From contig JAJYWD010000001.1 of NCBI GenBank assembly GCA_021791655.1, positions 32,655 through 96,654 of the forward strand: 64,000 bases of DNA, written 5' to 3'. The notes under the pieces are model-generated. The model did not search any database and had not been told where the DNA came from. It saw nothing but the letters and a program-made list of their open reading frames with translations. A program made the position numbers and the translations under genes. The stretch's first letter is position 1. Every line of letters starts with the position of its first letter. The stretch is from Nanobdellota archaeon. GTDB taxonomy: Archaea; Nanobdellota; Nanobdellia; Parvarchaeales; Parvarchaeaceae. Shown here one piece after another: positions 1 to 10,225 of the stretch.

Positions 1-59
1 ATAGCATTTGTACTTCGCTTGATGCTCACTTTTATATCTTATGAAGTGATAAAGCATTT

Positions 60-1157
60 ATGGTCCTTTTGTTAGAATACGAGGGAAAGCGTTTGTTCGA
101 GGCTTATGGCATTCCAGTACCAACGCATCATCTTGTAAAGGGCATTAGGGACATAAGGTCTATCAGAACTGCTTCTGTAATCAAAGCCCAAGTACCCACC
201 GGGGGGAGGGGTAAACTAGGCGGAGTTGTAGCAGTTCGCACGGTAAGGGCTGCAAAGGCCGCACTAGAAAAGATAAAGACTATAGATTTCAACGGGTTTC
301 ACTCAAAATATTTTCTTATAGAAGAAGAAATCAGAAGGCAAGTCGAGCTTTACATAAGCATAACGCTCGACAGGAGCAAAAGGTCTGCTGTGCTGATAGT
401 CTCTAAGAAAGGGGGAATAAATATAGAGGAGGTTCCGGCTACTTTGATAAGCACGTATGAAGTGAATCAGTTAATAGGACTGCCAGAATACATAAAACGT
501 AACGCATTTGATAGGCTGGAACCTCCCGAAAAATTTAGGGACCAATTTTACCATATTTTAGACGCTCTTTGGCACCTGTATGTAAGCGAAGATGCGGAGC
601 TTGTAGAAATAAACCCCCTGGCCGTCACAGCAAATGGGTTGGTCGCTCTGGATTCAAAAGTTGTAGTGGAAGATGATTCACTTTTCAGACATCCTAATGT
701 AAAGGCACAGGTTAGTGGAGATGAGATAGAGCGTAAGGCCTCTGCGATGGGGATATCATTTGTCCGACTCAGTGGGGACATCGGACTCATCGCGAACGGC
801 GCAGGGCTAACAATGGCAACGATAGATCAAATTTCTACGAACGGAGGTAAACCTGGCGACTTTCTGGATTTGGGGGGTACGGACGACCCAGCAAGGGTAT
901 ATGACGCTTTTTCTATAGTTGCACTGTCAAAACCTAGAGTATTACTAGTCAATATATTTGGGGGAGTAACTAAGTGCGATACTGTAGCTATGGGAATAGT
1001 AAGAGCTATTGACAAGTTCAGGCCGGTTTTTCCAGTTGTAGTGAGATTGAGCGGCTTTAATGAGGAGAAAGGCGTAGAACTACTCAAAGCTAGAAATATA
1101 ACTGCCTTTAGGGAAATGAACGTTGCAGTTACAGAGGCGATTAGGCTATCCGTTTGA
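60..1157 (+). CDS. sucC: Succinyl-CoA synthetase beta subunit
   Basis: LLEYEGK N-terminus, KAQV..GGRGKLGGV, EINPL, NGAGL.MAT.D and NIFGG..KCD motifs; followed by the alpha subunit. Confidence 0.95.
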   Translation: MVLLLEYEGKRLFEAYGIPVPTHHLVKGIRDIRSIRTASVIKAQVPTGGRGKLGGVVAVRTVRAAKAALEKIKTIDFNGFHSKYFLIEEEIRRQVELYISITLDRSKRSAVLIVSKKGGINIEEVPATLISTYEVNQLIGLPEYIKRNAFDRLEPPEKFRDQFYHILDALWHLYVSEDAELVEINPLAVTANGLVALDSKVVVEDDSLFRHPNVKAQVSGDEIERKASAMGISFVRLSGDIGLIANGAGLTMATIDQISTNGGKPGDFLDLGGTDDPARVYDAFSIVALSKPRVLLVNIFGGVTKCDTVAMGIVRAIDKFRPVFPVVVRLSGFNEEKGVELLKARNITAFREMNVAVTEAIRLSV

Positions 1158-1159
1158 TT

Positions 1160-2026
1160 ATGGCAATTCTATTAACCGGCAACAGCAAAATTATAGTGCA
1201 GGGAATAACTGGCCATCAGGGACAATTCCATACCAAAGCCATGCTAAATTTTGGCACAAACGTGGTAGCAGGTGTAACTCCAGGAAAGGCTGGTGAAAAC
1301 GTGTATGGCGTAAAAGTTTATGATAACGTAAGGTCTGCCGTTGACGAAACTAAAGCAGATACCGCCGTTGTGTTTGTGCCTGCCCCTTTCGTTAAAGATG
1401 CTGTTATAGAAGACATTGATGCCGGGTTGAGTCTCGTGGTTATAGTAACCGAACACGTCCCTTTTCATGATGTTATTGACCTCTTGGAATACGGCCAAAG
1501 CAAAGTTACTAGAATAATAGGACCTAATTGCCCAGGCATAGCTTCTTCCGGGCTTTCCAAAGCAGGAATAATCCCCAATAGCATCTTAAAGCCCGGTAAT
1601 ATAGGTGTTCTTTCTAGGAGTGGCACCCTCACCTATGAAATAGTGAATCAGATAACAAAAGCTGGCCTAGGCGAGAGTACTGTAATAGGTCTCGGCGGGG
1701 ATAAGGTGGTCGGTAGCACATTTACAGATCTGTTATCATTGTTTGAAAATGATGCGCAGACATCTGCGGTTGTTATGGTCGGCGAAATAGGGGGCAGCGC
1801 AGAAGAGGATGCGGCGGACTTCATAAAGAAAAATTTCTCAAAACCTGTAATAGGTTTCATAGCCGGAAAGTATGCACCTCCGGGTAAAAGGATGGGTCAT
1901 GCGGGTGCGATAATATCTGGCAATAAAGGCACTGCCAATAGCAAGATAACTGCCCTGGAAAGTGCAGGCGCACTAATAGCGGCCTCACCCGAAGAGGTTC
2001 CTAGACTCCTTCTCGAATCTATCTGA
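1160..2026 (+). CDS. sucD: Succinyl-CoA synthetase alpha subunit
   Basis: VQGITG, GVTPGK, IIGPNCPG, SRSGTLTYE and RMGHAGA (phospho-His) motifs; ATG 1160 preferred as start. Confidence 0.96.
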   Translation: MAILLTGNSKIIVQGITGHQGQFHTKAMLNFGTNVVAGVTPGKAGENVYGVKVYDNVRSAVDETKADTAVVFVPAPFVKDAVIEDIDAGLSLVVIVTEHVPFHDVIDLLEYGQSKVTRIIGPNCPGIASSGLSKAGIIPNSILKPGNIGVLSRSGTLTYEIVNQITKAGLGESTVIGLGGDKVVGSTFTDLLSLFENDAQTSAVVMVGEIGGSAEEDAADFIKKNFSKPVIGFIAGKYAPPGKRMGHAGAIISGNKGTANSKITALESAGALIAASPEEVPRLLLESI

Positions 2027-2755
2027 AGTTATAGATACTTCAAGAAGGTCTTTTGCGATTATAAGTTCCCCATCGTAATATTTGGACGCTTCTTCTATGT
2101 ACTCTTTTTCATCGTCTTCCACTGGGGAAAAATGTGTGAGGACAAGTTTCTTTATGTTTATATCACTTGCCATTCTGGCGACCTCTTCTGCCGTGGAATG
2201 ATTCACTTTGTGTGCGTATTCTGCATGTCTATATAGAAAAGTAGCCTCGTGTATCAGCAAATCGCCTCCGGCAGCCAAATCTGCGATTGCCTGAGACGGC
2301 GCAGTATCTCCGGAATAAACTATGGTGACGCCATCAAAACTTATTTTATAAGCAAAACTTTCTGGCTTGTGTATTCCCCTTACGAATTTTACACCTAATT
2401 CATTTGGTGCCTTGAATAGAACCATAAATTTTATTGCCTGTTTTGGGAGTGCCGAAAGCCTAAATGCCGCCTTTAATGCCCTTCGTACGCTTTCTGATGA
2501 GATTACTGTGAGGGGTTTTGTTCTTTCCTCTAAAGCCATAGCCCATAAAAAGCTTACGAAATCCCAGTAATGATCTGCATGAAGATGCGAAATATATATC
2601 TCTTCTATTTGATCAAGTTCTAATCCTAACTTTCTGAAGTTGGATAGGCTGCCAAATCCGCAGTCGATCAGCTTATTTCCGAAAATAAAGCTTGCACACG
2701 CTCGCCTCTCTGACACATACCCTCCGCCACTGCCGAGTATCACTAACTCTACCAT
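1985..2755 (-). CDS. MBL-fold metallo-hydrolase, RNase Z/AtsA-like
   Basis: LGSGGG, DCG, HLHADH, YSGDT, LIHEAT and LTHFS motifs. Confidence 0.85.
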   Translation of the reverse strand: MVELVILGSGGGYVSERRACASFIFGNKLIDCGFGSLSNFRKLGLELDQIEEIYISHLHADHYWDFVSFLWAMALEERTKPLTVISSESVRRALKAAFRLSALPKQAIKFMVLFKAPNELGVKFVRGIHKPESFAYKISFDGVTIVYSGDTAPSQAIADLAAGGDLLIHEATFLYRHAEYAHKVNHSTAEEVARMASDINIKKLVLTHFSPVEDDEKEYIEEASKYYDGELIIAKDLLEVSITSDRFEKESRNLFG

Positions 2756-2978
2756 ATGAACATTAGGCTTTCTTGATTTAATTATTTTGCTCTTGATAAA
2801 GAGACATATATAAGACGAGCCTATAATTTATAATTGTGGGCTTAACTCTTAAAGCATACAGCACTCTCAGTGCCAACAGTCGAAGCACTTTATAAGTCAT
2901 AAGAACCTAATTTTGAACGGTAAGTATAATATGTCTATATAATTATCAAAAAATCTTAGGTCTTTATGTTAATATTAA

Positions 2979-3060
2979 CGCCGGGTGCAGGATTTGAACC
3001 TACGAACCCTTTCGGGAACTCGCTCTCAAGGCGAGCGCGTTGCCACTCCGCCAACCCGGC
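2979..3060 (-). tRNA. tRNA-Ser(UGA)
   Basis: Reverse complement folds as a cloverleaf: acceptor GCCGGGT/ACCCGGC, anticodon arm CTCGC-CTTGAGA-GCGAG, long variable arm CCCGAAAGGG, T loop TTCAAAT; no encoded CCA. Confidence 0.95.
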
Positions 3061-3099
3061 AATACTAATATATAATTTGTTTCGATTTTATAGTTAAAT

Positions 3100-3912
3100 A
3101 TGATACTGAGAGTTACTGATTTCAGTTTGGATAAAACTTTGAATGCCGGGCAAACTTTTGCCTGGGAGAAAAAGGACGGGGTATGGCTGTCCGCCACTAG
3201 TAACCCGATTATAGTCCGTCAGACGAACCCGGAGGAGCTTGAATATTACGGTGTAACAGAAAATGTAATCAAGGAGAAACTGGGCATGAACGATGACATT
3301 GACTCAATAAATGCTGAAATAGACAAGGACGATTTCATAGATAAGGCCATAGAGTACTCTAAGGGGTTAAGAGTCGTACAAGACGGCATTTGGCCCGCCA
3401 CCTTAGGTTTTTTATTGTCTATACAATCGAACATTCCATTGATTCTTAAGAGAATACGCGTTTTATCTGGAAAGTACGGTGAACATAAAGAACTAGAAAG
3501 TATAAAATTTAACGGGTTTCCAGATTACACTAAGATTTTTGACGGCGGCATAGAAGCACTTAAAGAACTTAAATTAGGCTTTAGATACAAGTTTGTATTC
3601 TCGGCTGCGAAATTCTTCGCCGAGACCGAAATATCAAATGACATAGAAGAGATTAAGGTGCAGCTCTTGTCTATAACCGGTGTGGGAGAAAAAGTTTTGG
3701 ATTGTATACTTCTCTACGGTCTGCACGATCTATCGGCGTTTCCGATGGATGTCTGGATAAGCAGGATAATTTACAAACATTATAGTCACATCCTAAAAGA
3801 CGCTAAAAAGTACGCTGATGCTAGGGAGCTTATGGCGGGATATTTCGGTAGGTACGCTGGCTATGCCCAGCTCTTTCTCTATAACTACTCAAGGTTAAAC
3901 AAGCTAAAGTGA
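3100..3912 (+). CDS. ogg: 8-oxoguanine DNA glycosylase/AP lyase (Ogg1-like, HhH-GPD)
   Basis: TLNAGQTF.W N-terminal domain, GVGEKVLDC helix-hairpin-helix, FPMDVWI and YAGYAQ.FL motifs. Confidence 0.88.
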   Translation: MILRVTDFSLDKTLNAGQTFAWEKKDGVWLSATSNPIIVRQTNPEELEYYGVTENVIKEKLGMNDDIDSINAEIDKDDFIDKAIEYSKGLRVVQDGIWPATLGFLLSIQSNIPLILKRIRVLSGKYGEHKELESIKFNGFPDYTKIFDGGIEALKELKLGFRYKFVFSAAKFFAETEISNDIEEIKVQLLSITGVGEKVLDCILLYGLHDLSAFPMDVWISRIIYKHYSHILKDAKKYADARELMAGYFGRYAGYAQLFLYNYSRLNKLK

Positions 3913-3919
3913 CCGAATT

Positions 3920-5026
3920 CTACAACTGCCTCACGGACATCTTGGAAATAGACTCTTCTATCAATTTATCCATACCAATCTGTATTTCCAACGCCTTTAG
4001 AATGTCTCTTTTTGCGCTCGTTATCGGGTTGCTTGAAACTATTGAGCAACAATCGCGGTATTTTTCTATGGAATTTTCGTACGTCCCGTAAGTCCTTGCT
4101 AGACTTATTATTTCTTCCTTGTTTTTGGTGATTAATGGCCGAAATACCGGAACGTTTATACCGTAACTTACTGCATTTAGGTTGTCTAATGTCTGCGATG
4201 CAACTTGGGATATGGAGTCGCCGGTTGCTACCCCTTTGTAGTCGTATGTGTCTGCCAGCTTCTCTGCTAGTTTCAATAAGAACCGCTTGAAAAGCACAAG
4301 CTCGTATCTACTGTTTATCTCAGCGGCTCTTATAGCAAAGTCGTGGAATGGAACCAGATAAAGCTTTGCCTCTGAGGTTTCAGAAATTGTCCTGGCTATG
4401 CTGAATATCTTACTGTTTAGGACTCCGTCAACGGTGGGTAGCGCATATACATGCAACAAGTCGACCACACATCCGCGTTTCATAAGCTCGAACGGTATAA
4501 CCGCCGAATCTATACCACCCGAGAATAAACTTAAGACTTTACCTGCGCTCCCAATAGGCATTCCGCCCATGCATCTCTTAATATTATAGTTAATTACGAA
4601 GTTGTCTTTCATTATTTCTACCCTTATTTTGTATCCTAAACTGTCAGACTTTAATTTTAGAGCCTTCATTATTTCCCCCTTTACTAGCAGAGAAGTGCTT
4701 CCAAAGCTCTTGTCTATGCGCCTTACGTCTATGTTAACCGCCTTTGCTCCGTTCAGCGACAAAAGGCTTCGTATGTTTTCTTTCAGCGCCTCAAGGTCCC
4801 TTTCCATTATAATTGCGTCGCCAATCCAAGAGATCCCGGGTGTAAGTGCTAATTTCTTTGTCGTTCTGTCATCCCAACGCTCCAAAAATAGTCTTCCTCG
4901 CGATTTTGTGGGCGTTATTTCCGTAGCACTTTTTATGTTATCGTATAGTAGCTTCTCGAATTTGGGTCTCAGTTTTCCCTTGAGCGTAAGCTCGTCATAG
5001 TGCACGCTTATTACTTCCTTATTCAT
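3920..5026 (-). CDS. thiI: tRNA 4-thiouridine synthase
   Basis: HYDEL.LKG, THUMP region, SGGIDS PP-loop, TGDSISQVASQTL.N, RPL and DCC motifs. Confidence 0.93.
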   Translation of the reverse strand: MNKEVISVHYDELTLKGKLRPKFEKLLYDNIKSATEITPTKSRGRLFLERWDDRTTKKLALTPGISWIGDAIIMERDLEALKENIRSLLSLNGAKAVNIDVRRIDKSFGSTSLLVKGEIMKALKLKSDSLGYKIRVEIMKDNFVINYNIKRCMGGMPIGSAGKVLSLFSGGIDSAVIPFELMKRGCVVDLLHVYALPTVDGVLNSKIFSIARTISETSEAKLYLVPFHDFAIRAAEINSRYELVLFKRFLLKLAEKLADTYDYKGVATGDSISQVASQTLDNLNAVSYGINVPVFRPLITKNKEEIISLARTYGTYENSIEKYRDCCSIVSSNPITSAKRDILKALEIQIGMDKLIEESISKMSVRQL

Positions 5027-5454
5027 ATATCAAGAACTGCTCTAGCAAACCATCCTTTATCTGTTTTCTCAATCTCAAACATGTGCATTGTAACTGCCTT
5101 TACGTCCACCAAGAACTCGTGCCTTTTAGGATCAAGTTTGTCCCCGTAAACAGAGAATATACCGTTCCAATTGCCCGAAGATTCGCGTATATCGGATTCG
5201 AACCTGTTAAACACAAGCTGTTCAGTGTCCTTATAAAATACAAGTTTTTCTAGAAAATCGAAAAGGAGTTTTTCTATATCTTCAGTCTCGATTGAGAATA
5301 CACGCTTTATTCTCGGTTTTATGTCGGCTAGATTCTTTATCATGGTATTTATAAGCGCAGCCCCGCACGATGCAAACAGCTCTTGCACCGTAGGCGCCTC
5401 CGCTTCGAAAGCTACGTCCGATACAGTCGTATCCTCCACAAATTTGTAAGCCAT
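5023..5454 (-). CDS. Archease
   Basis: D..SD N-terminus, VKAVTMH motif and terminal LDI; adjacent to rtcB. Confidence 0.93.
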   Translation of the reverse strand: MAYKFVEDTTVSDVAFEAEAPTVQELFASCGAALINTMIKNLADIKPRIKRVFSIETEDIEKLLFDFLEKLVFYKDTEQLVFNRFESDIRESSGNWNGIFSVYGDKLDPKRHEFLVDVKAVTMHMFEIEKTDKGWFARAVLDI

Positions 5455-5455
5455 A

Positions 5456-6925
5456 TCAGCCCTTCACGTTGGCGAGCGGTATGAATTTGCATACCTTTTT
5501 AGACAGCCCTGCTTTGTCTACCGAATTTACCACCTCATCTATATCCTTGTAGCTCTCACCGCCCTCCTCCGCTAATCCAGACCAGGATACGCTCTTTACA
5601 TAGATGCCGTTCTTTAGCATCTTTTGGAAGAGCTCTTTGCCGTTAGTTGTTTTTCTAGCCCTTGTGCGACTCATAGTTCTTCCGCTGCCGTGTGCGGTAG
5701 AGTCGAAAGTATCATCCGCATTTGATCCTCCTACAAGTAGGTACGATCCGGTTTCCATGCTACCACCTATTATAACTGGCGACCCGTCTGCCCTGAACTT
5801 CTTTGGTATCTCTCTGCGTCCCGGCGGGTAAGAACCGGTGCTTCCCTTTCTGTGTACAAGCAATTCTTTAGCCTCGCCGTCTACCTCGTGCTCTTCGAGC
5901 GAGGCTCTGTTATGGGCTATGTCAAATAGCTGGCGCAGCCCGAGTTTTTCTGCATCTTTCTTGAACGTTTCTGAGAAAGCCTCCCTTATCCTGTGAAGGA
6001 TTAACTGTCTATTGGCGAAACTTATGTTTATGCCACAGCCCATCGCTTTATAGTAATCCCGACCCTCATTAGAGTTGAACGGTGCGCACGCGAGTTCTTT
6101 ATCGTTGACTTTTATTTTGTATTTCCTTTCCATTACTTTAAGAAATATCTGGATATAATCGCTCGCTATCTGATGGCCAGCACCTCTCGAGCCCGTGTGG
6201 AACATTATAACTACTTGGTTAGGGAAAAGACCCCACTTTTTTGCGATGGCGCTGTCTTTTATGTTTTCAGGTTTTATATATTGTATCTCTAGGTAATGAT
6301 TTCCTGAACCCAAAGTCCCTATCTGTGTTACCCCTCTCTGCACTGCTTTCTCTGATATCTTTGAGTCGTCTGCCCAGTCGGCAATGCCGTTCAGTTCCGT
6401 TGCGTCTAAGTCTTCCTTCCAGCCGTACCCCTTTTTTATAGCCCATTTAGAACCGCTTTCAGCGAGTTCAACGAAGTCCTGTTTTGATAGGGCCAATTTG
6501 CTTTTGCTTCCGACGCCTGCAGGGACCTTCTTGAACAGAGCGTCTGTAAGTTCTTTTATCTTTGGTCTTATATCTTCTAATGTAAGACTGGTTAATACCA
6601 ATCTCATTCCACAATTAATGTCGAATCCCACGATGCCAGGCGATATTACTCCCCCCTTGTGTATGTCAAAAGCAGATACACCGCCGATTGGACTACCGTA
6701 ACCGCTGTGCCCGTCCGCCATGACAAAAGAGTATTTCGTTATGCCGGGTATCATTGCTATGTTAGCGGCCTGGTCGAATACCTGTAAATCCATCTCTTTT
6801 AAAAGCTTCTCTGATGCATACACCCTGACCGGCACGCGCATTCCTTCTTTGAAAGTTTCTGGGATTTCCCAGGTAACATTAGAGACTCTTTTGAACTCCG
6901 GTTTCTTTAAATCGACGTTTTGCAT
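5456..6925 (-). CDS. rtcB: RNA-splicing ligase RtcB
   Basis: D.H.GYG.PIGGV, GFDINCGMR, GTLGSGNHYLE, HTGSRG, HRKG, HGSGR and EE...YKD motifs. Confidence 0.97.
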   Translation of the reverse strand: MQNVDLKKPEFKRVSNVTWEIPETFKEGMRVPVRVYASEKLLKEMDLQVFDQAANIAMIPGITKYSFVMADGHSGYGSPIGGVSAFDIHKGGVISPGIVGFDINCGMRLVLTSLTLEDIRPKIKELTDALFKKVPAGVGSKSKLALSKQDFVELAESGSKWAIKKGYGWKEDLDATELNGIADWADDSKISEKAVQRGVTQIGTLGSGNHYLEIQYIKPENIKDSAIAKKWGLFPNQVVIMFHTGSRGAGHQIASDYIQIFLKVMERKYKIKVNDKELACAPFNSNEGRDYYKAMGCGINISFANRQLILHRIREAFSETFKKDAEKLGLRQLFDIAHNRASLEEHEVDGEAKELLVHRKGSTGSYPPGRREIPKKFRADGSPVIIGGSMETGSYLLVGGSNADDTFDSTAHGSGRTMSRTRARKTTNGKELFQKMLKNGIYVKSVSWSGLAEEGGESYKDIDEVVNSVDKAGLSKKVCKFIPLANVKG

Positions 6926-6968
6926 ACCCCTAAAAGGTAGTTATGACTTATTATATTTTTATGATCAG

Positions 6969-7025
6969 GACACGGCGTGCGGATTATCTTGTGCCACATC
7001 ACGCGCAGGATAATCCCTATGTGTC
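6969..7025. other. Intergenic stem-loop (candidate structured RNA or terminator)
   Basis: GACAC/GTGTC outer stem and 14-bp inner stem GGATTATCTTGTGC/GCGCAGGATAATCC (two G-U pairs on the + strand) in the only sizeable gap upstream of rtcB. Confidence 0.45.
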
Positions 7026-7034
7026 TATTGCGGG

Positions 7035-7811
7035 TTACTCCTTTGAACTTTTCATCCCTTCATACTGCTCTATTACACCGTGGTTCTCTTTTGTCATTTT
7101 AAAGTTCTTTTTAATCTGCTCTACGATGGCTTCTTTTTCTAGTCTTTTTGACGCTATCACGATTATATTTCCTGATAGTAACGGCCTTATCTCATATACT
7201 TTGAATAGCCTTTCAAGTCTGTATAAGTAGCTCTGAAGGTTTATGAAAGCCTTGAAATTCAGCGCATAATTTATTGCCAGTATTCCATCATCGCTTAAGG
7301 CGTTGAAGGCGTCTTTTACGAATTCTTCCCCAAGAAAGACTTCCGGTATGTAATCCGCTTCGTACGCGTCCAGTATCACCACGTCATAACCGCTAGCCCT
7401 TTTTATGTACTTTGCTCCGTCATCCAGTAGTATTTTGAATTTCTTTGCATCATTACCGAGAAATTTCTTGGCCAATTTTATTATTTTCTCATTTATCTCG
7501 ACCGTATCCACTTTTATGCCCTTTTTGTATATTCTAGTCAGCTGCATAGCTACGGTTCCGCCGCCGAGACCTATCATGAGTACCTTCGGCTTTTTGTATA
7601 AGGACGGCAGTGGCGTGAAATAATCCCAATAATAACCCGTGTAAATAGAGTTCTTTATTATCCTAGAATATACTATGTCATTGAATTTGAGTGTCTTGCC
7701 CTCATCCGAGCCTGCAATCCACAGCTTATCTTCGCCGTAGCGCTCTTCGGCCAGCGTCTCATCGCCCTTTATGCGCTTTAGCACTTTTTGAAATACGTTC
7801 ATATAAATCAC
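7035..7811 (-). CDS. Spermidine synthase-like class I SAM-dependent transferase
   Basis: VLMIGLGGGT, VEI, DG..YI, YDVVILDAY and L..DG.LAIN motifs; ATG 7802 is an alternative start. Confidence 0.8.
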   Translation of the reverse strand: MIYMNVFQKVLKRIKGDETLAEERYGEDKLWIAGSDEGKTLKFNDIVYSRIIKNSIYTGYYWDYFTPLPSLYKKPKVLMIGLGGGTVAMQLTRIYKKGIKVDTVEINEKIIKLAKKFLGNDAKKFKILLDDGAKYIKRASGYDVVILDAYEADYIPEVFLGEEFVKDAFNALSDDGILAINYALNFKAFINLQSYLYRLERLFKVYEIRPLLSGNIIVIASKRLEKEAIVEQIKKNFKMTKENHGVIEQYEGMKSSKE

Positions 7812-10069
7812 TTAGCGCTCCAACCGGGCCACCAATTGTATTTGGATAATACGAACATCATGGCTGGTATAACGAATAAGATCGATATAAAAGTATCCAG
7901 AAGTATACCTATAGCTACAACAAAGCCTATCTCCGACAGCATAGGTATACCGCTGACTGAAAGTGAAAGGAACATAGCCGCAAGTATCACACCCACGCTT
8001 GCTATCACTGGCCCATTCTTCACAAGACCCTCCTTTATCGCTTCCTCGTTCCCCCCCTTTAGGTTTTCCTTTATCCTCATGACCAAAAAGATGTCGTAGT
8101 CTACGCCGACGCCCATTATATTCGTTATGAGGAAAAGCTGGGCTATAATTATTATCGGAAGTCCCAATGCATAGCGGAATAGAAGCGTCATCACAGCATT
8201 TGCTATAAAGACGATTGCTGCCAGCATTAATACGAGTCTAATCGGAGTGTAAAGAGAATAAATCTGAACGAATAGAATCAGAAATATGATCACTCCTAGT
8301 ATCAAAAGCAGCAGCGGAATATCCGCATGTATCGGATTAAAACCTTGTGCCATAGAAGCGGCAGTTCCTGATATTGTATAGTTGATTTTCCGATTTGAAA
8401 GCTGGCTATCTATGGAATTATACGCATTTATTGCTACCTTGGAGAATGCGGTATTGTTGATGAATGCCGTTATCTGTAATGTAGATGAGTTAATAGAAGT
8501 CTTAGTAAGTGCAATCCCCGGTGTTCCGTTTACCAGACTTATTATCGAACCAAAGGGCAGTGTGCCGGTTGTCGTCCTATTGACTCTTATCAACAGCGGC
8601 TCCAGCACGTCATAGCCGAATCCCTTAGTTTCTACGTAAAACGCATTTTTTGCCGCAGAGTTTGGTAGCAAACCCAGGAAGTTGAAGCCGGGTGCAACGT
8701 TTAGGAACACATAAATCGATGCGACCGCGACCGTAATAAAAATACCGATTATTAGTTTGCTGTGTTTATTATCAAACTCCACTATGCGTTCCAATATGCG
8801 TCTGGAACTCAGTCTTACGCTCTTATTGGGATACAATAGTTTATCTCCAAACACGTGCAAAAGTGCTGGCATGAGCGTTAGGGCGGAGACTAGGACTATG
8901 CTTACGCCTATCGCGTTTATAAGACCGGATGGGCCCAAGAACGCTAGATTGAACAAGTATAGAACTATATACGCCCCTATTACCGACAGACCACTGGTCA
9001 ACACCGCTCTTCCGGCCTTTGTTAGCGATGTTCTTGCCGATTTGGACTTGCTCGCCCCCGCTCGTCTCTCCTGTCTGTATCTGTACATTAGGTATACTAG
9101 GTAATCCGTCGCTAATCCCAGCATCAAAATCGAAGTCACGGCTGGGTCAAAGAATGACAGCGTACTGTTCAGAATGTACTTGAAAATTATGTAAAACACG
9201 CCGTATGCCATCGCGATATCCAATCCCACTATCGCTAATGGGACGAATGCTCCGACAAACGAGAAGAATAGCAGACCGGTTATTATCACAGCTATTATCA
9301 CACCGAAAAGCAGGGCTGTGGATGTCCCGGTGGACGTTGTGCTTTCGAGCGCGCTTACTAGCGGCCCGGAACCGGTGACATAAGCCCCTACTCCGAAGTC
9401 TTGGGATAGGTGTAGTGCTACAGAGCTAGAGTAACTGTCGTTCTCGTTTATTAAGTATACTATAGTCGTGTTGTCGCCGCGATTTATGAACGAAGCCATG
9501 GTGGTTGCATTTGGCAGAATTGGGTAGGAGCTGAGAGCGTATCTATGGCTTATGTACTGCGGTGTGGAATTGCTGTAATTATTTACTACGTCATTTATAA
9601 AAGAGGACAGCCCTTGGCCTACTGAAAATGCCCCCGCCTCACTATAGTTTACAGTACTGTTATACTCTAGTTCTTCGGTCTCACTGGTTATTAACTGCCT
9701 TAGTGCGGGACTCGCTGTGCTTGGTGACTGGTTGTACTGTGCATAGAGCAGAAGTTCGGTAGAGTCAGAAGAAATCTTTATTTGTCTGTACATAGCCGTT
9801 AAAAGGCTTAGCCCGGCGGAATAAATGGATCCATAACCTTCATTGTAAAAAGACTGGTTTAGCGCGGAGAACAACGGTTTCGACTGGTTTGACAGAAGAT
9901 TCGTTCCGTTTATGACAAGAACAGGGTCGTTTCCGCCGGTTATGTTGTACGACACGACATTAAAGAGTTTTACAGAAAATGGTAGCAGGACAAGAAAAGC
10001 AAGTAGCCATACGATCACTATGTACTTAGCGTTTTTCTCAGTCCAGATATCAAAATCTAAACCCATCAT
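7808..10069 (-). CDS. MMPL/RND-family membrane transporter
   Basis: Two repeats of TM bundles with GLATDY and GVGVDY motifs, plus extracytoplasmic loops rich in N-x-S/T. Confidence 0.88.
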   Translation of the reverse strand: MMGLDFDIWTEKNAKYIVIVWLLAFLVLLPFSVKLFNVVSYNITGGNDPVLVINGTNLLSNQSKPLFSALNQSFYNEGYGSIYSAGLSLLTAMYRQIKISSDSTELLLYAQYNQSPSTASPALRQLITSETEELEYNSTVNYSEAGAFSVGQGLSSFINDVVNNYSNSTPQYISHRYALSSYPILPNATTMASFINRGDNTTIVYLINENDSYSSSVALHLSQDFGVGAYVTGSGPLVSALESTTSTGTSTALLFGVIIAVIITGLLFFSFVGAFVPLAIVGLDIAMAYGVFYIIFKYILNSTLSFFDPAVTSILMLGLATDYLVYLMYRYRQERRAGASKSKSARTSLTKAGRAVLTSGLSVIGAYIVLYLFNLAFLGPSGLINAIGVSIVLVSALTLMPALLHVFGDKLLYPNKSVRLSSRRILERIVEFDNKHSKLIIGIFITVAVASIYVFLNVAPGFNFLGLLPNSAAKNAFYVETKGFGYDVLEPLLIRVNRTTTGTLPFGSIISLVNGTPGIALTKTSINSSTLQITAFINNTAFSKVAINAYNSIDSQLSNRKINYTISGTAASMAQGFNPIHADIPLLLLILGVIIFLILFVQIYSLYTPIRLVLMLAAIVFIANAVMTLLFRYALGLPIIIIAQLFLITNIMGVGVDYDIFLVMRIKENLKGGNEEAIKEGLVKNGPVIASVGVILAAMFLSLSVSGIPMLSEIGFVVAIGILLDTFISILFVIPAMMFVLSKYNWWPGWSAK

Positions 10070-10119
10070 AAATACACTCGCTTTCGCGTTTTATAAAAGG
10101 CGCTGCCCGTTTATGCAGT

Positions 10120-10157
10120 ATTTGAAATTTTCAAATTTAAAGTAGTAAACTTTAAAT
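10120..10157. promoter_or_regulatory. Two overlapping inverted repeats between divergent MMPL and TrmB genes
   Basis: ATTTGAAA-T-TTTCAAAT (10120-10136) and ATTTAAAGT-N5-ACTTTAAAT (10135-10157). Confidence 0.3.
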
Positions 10158-10225
10158 ACTAGTTAAGCTCTACTTAAACTATAAAGAAATATCACTATTA
10201 AAAGGAGTGAATTTTGGAGGTTGAT

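Noticed and set aside
1..2978. Possible island (sucCD, MBL hydrolase) at the 3' end of tRNA-Ser
   Set aside because: No integrase or duplicated tRNA end seen in the window; the AT-rich gap alone is insufficient.
3000..3197. 65-aa minus-strand ORF
   Set aside because: Overlaps tRNA-Ser and the antisense of ogg; a shadow ORF.
6943..7230. 95-aa plus-strand ORF and a C/D-box reading (GTGATGT...CTGA on the - strand) of the rtcB upstream region
   Set aside because: The ORF is mostly antisense to a real gene, and the box spacing and missing terminal C box do not fit an archaeal C/D guide.
10190..10212. TATCAC...GTGAAT resembling the Thermococcales glycolytic motif
   Set aside because: Spacer is 11 nt rather than 5 and the right arm is imperfect.
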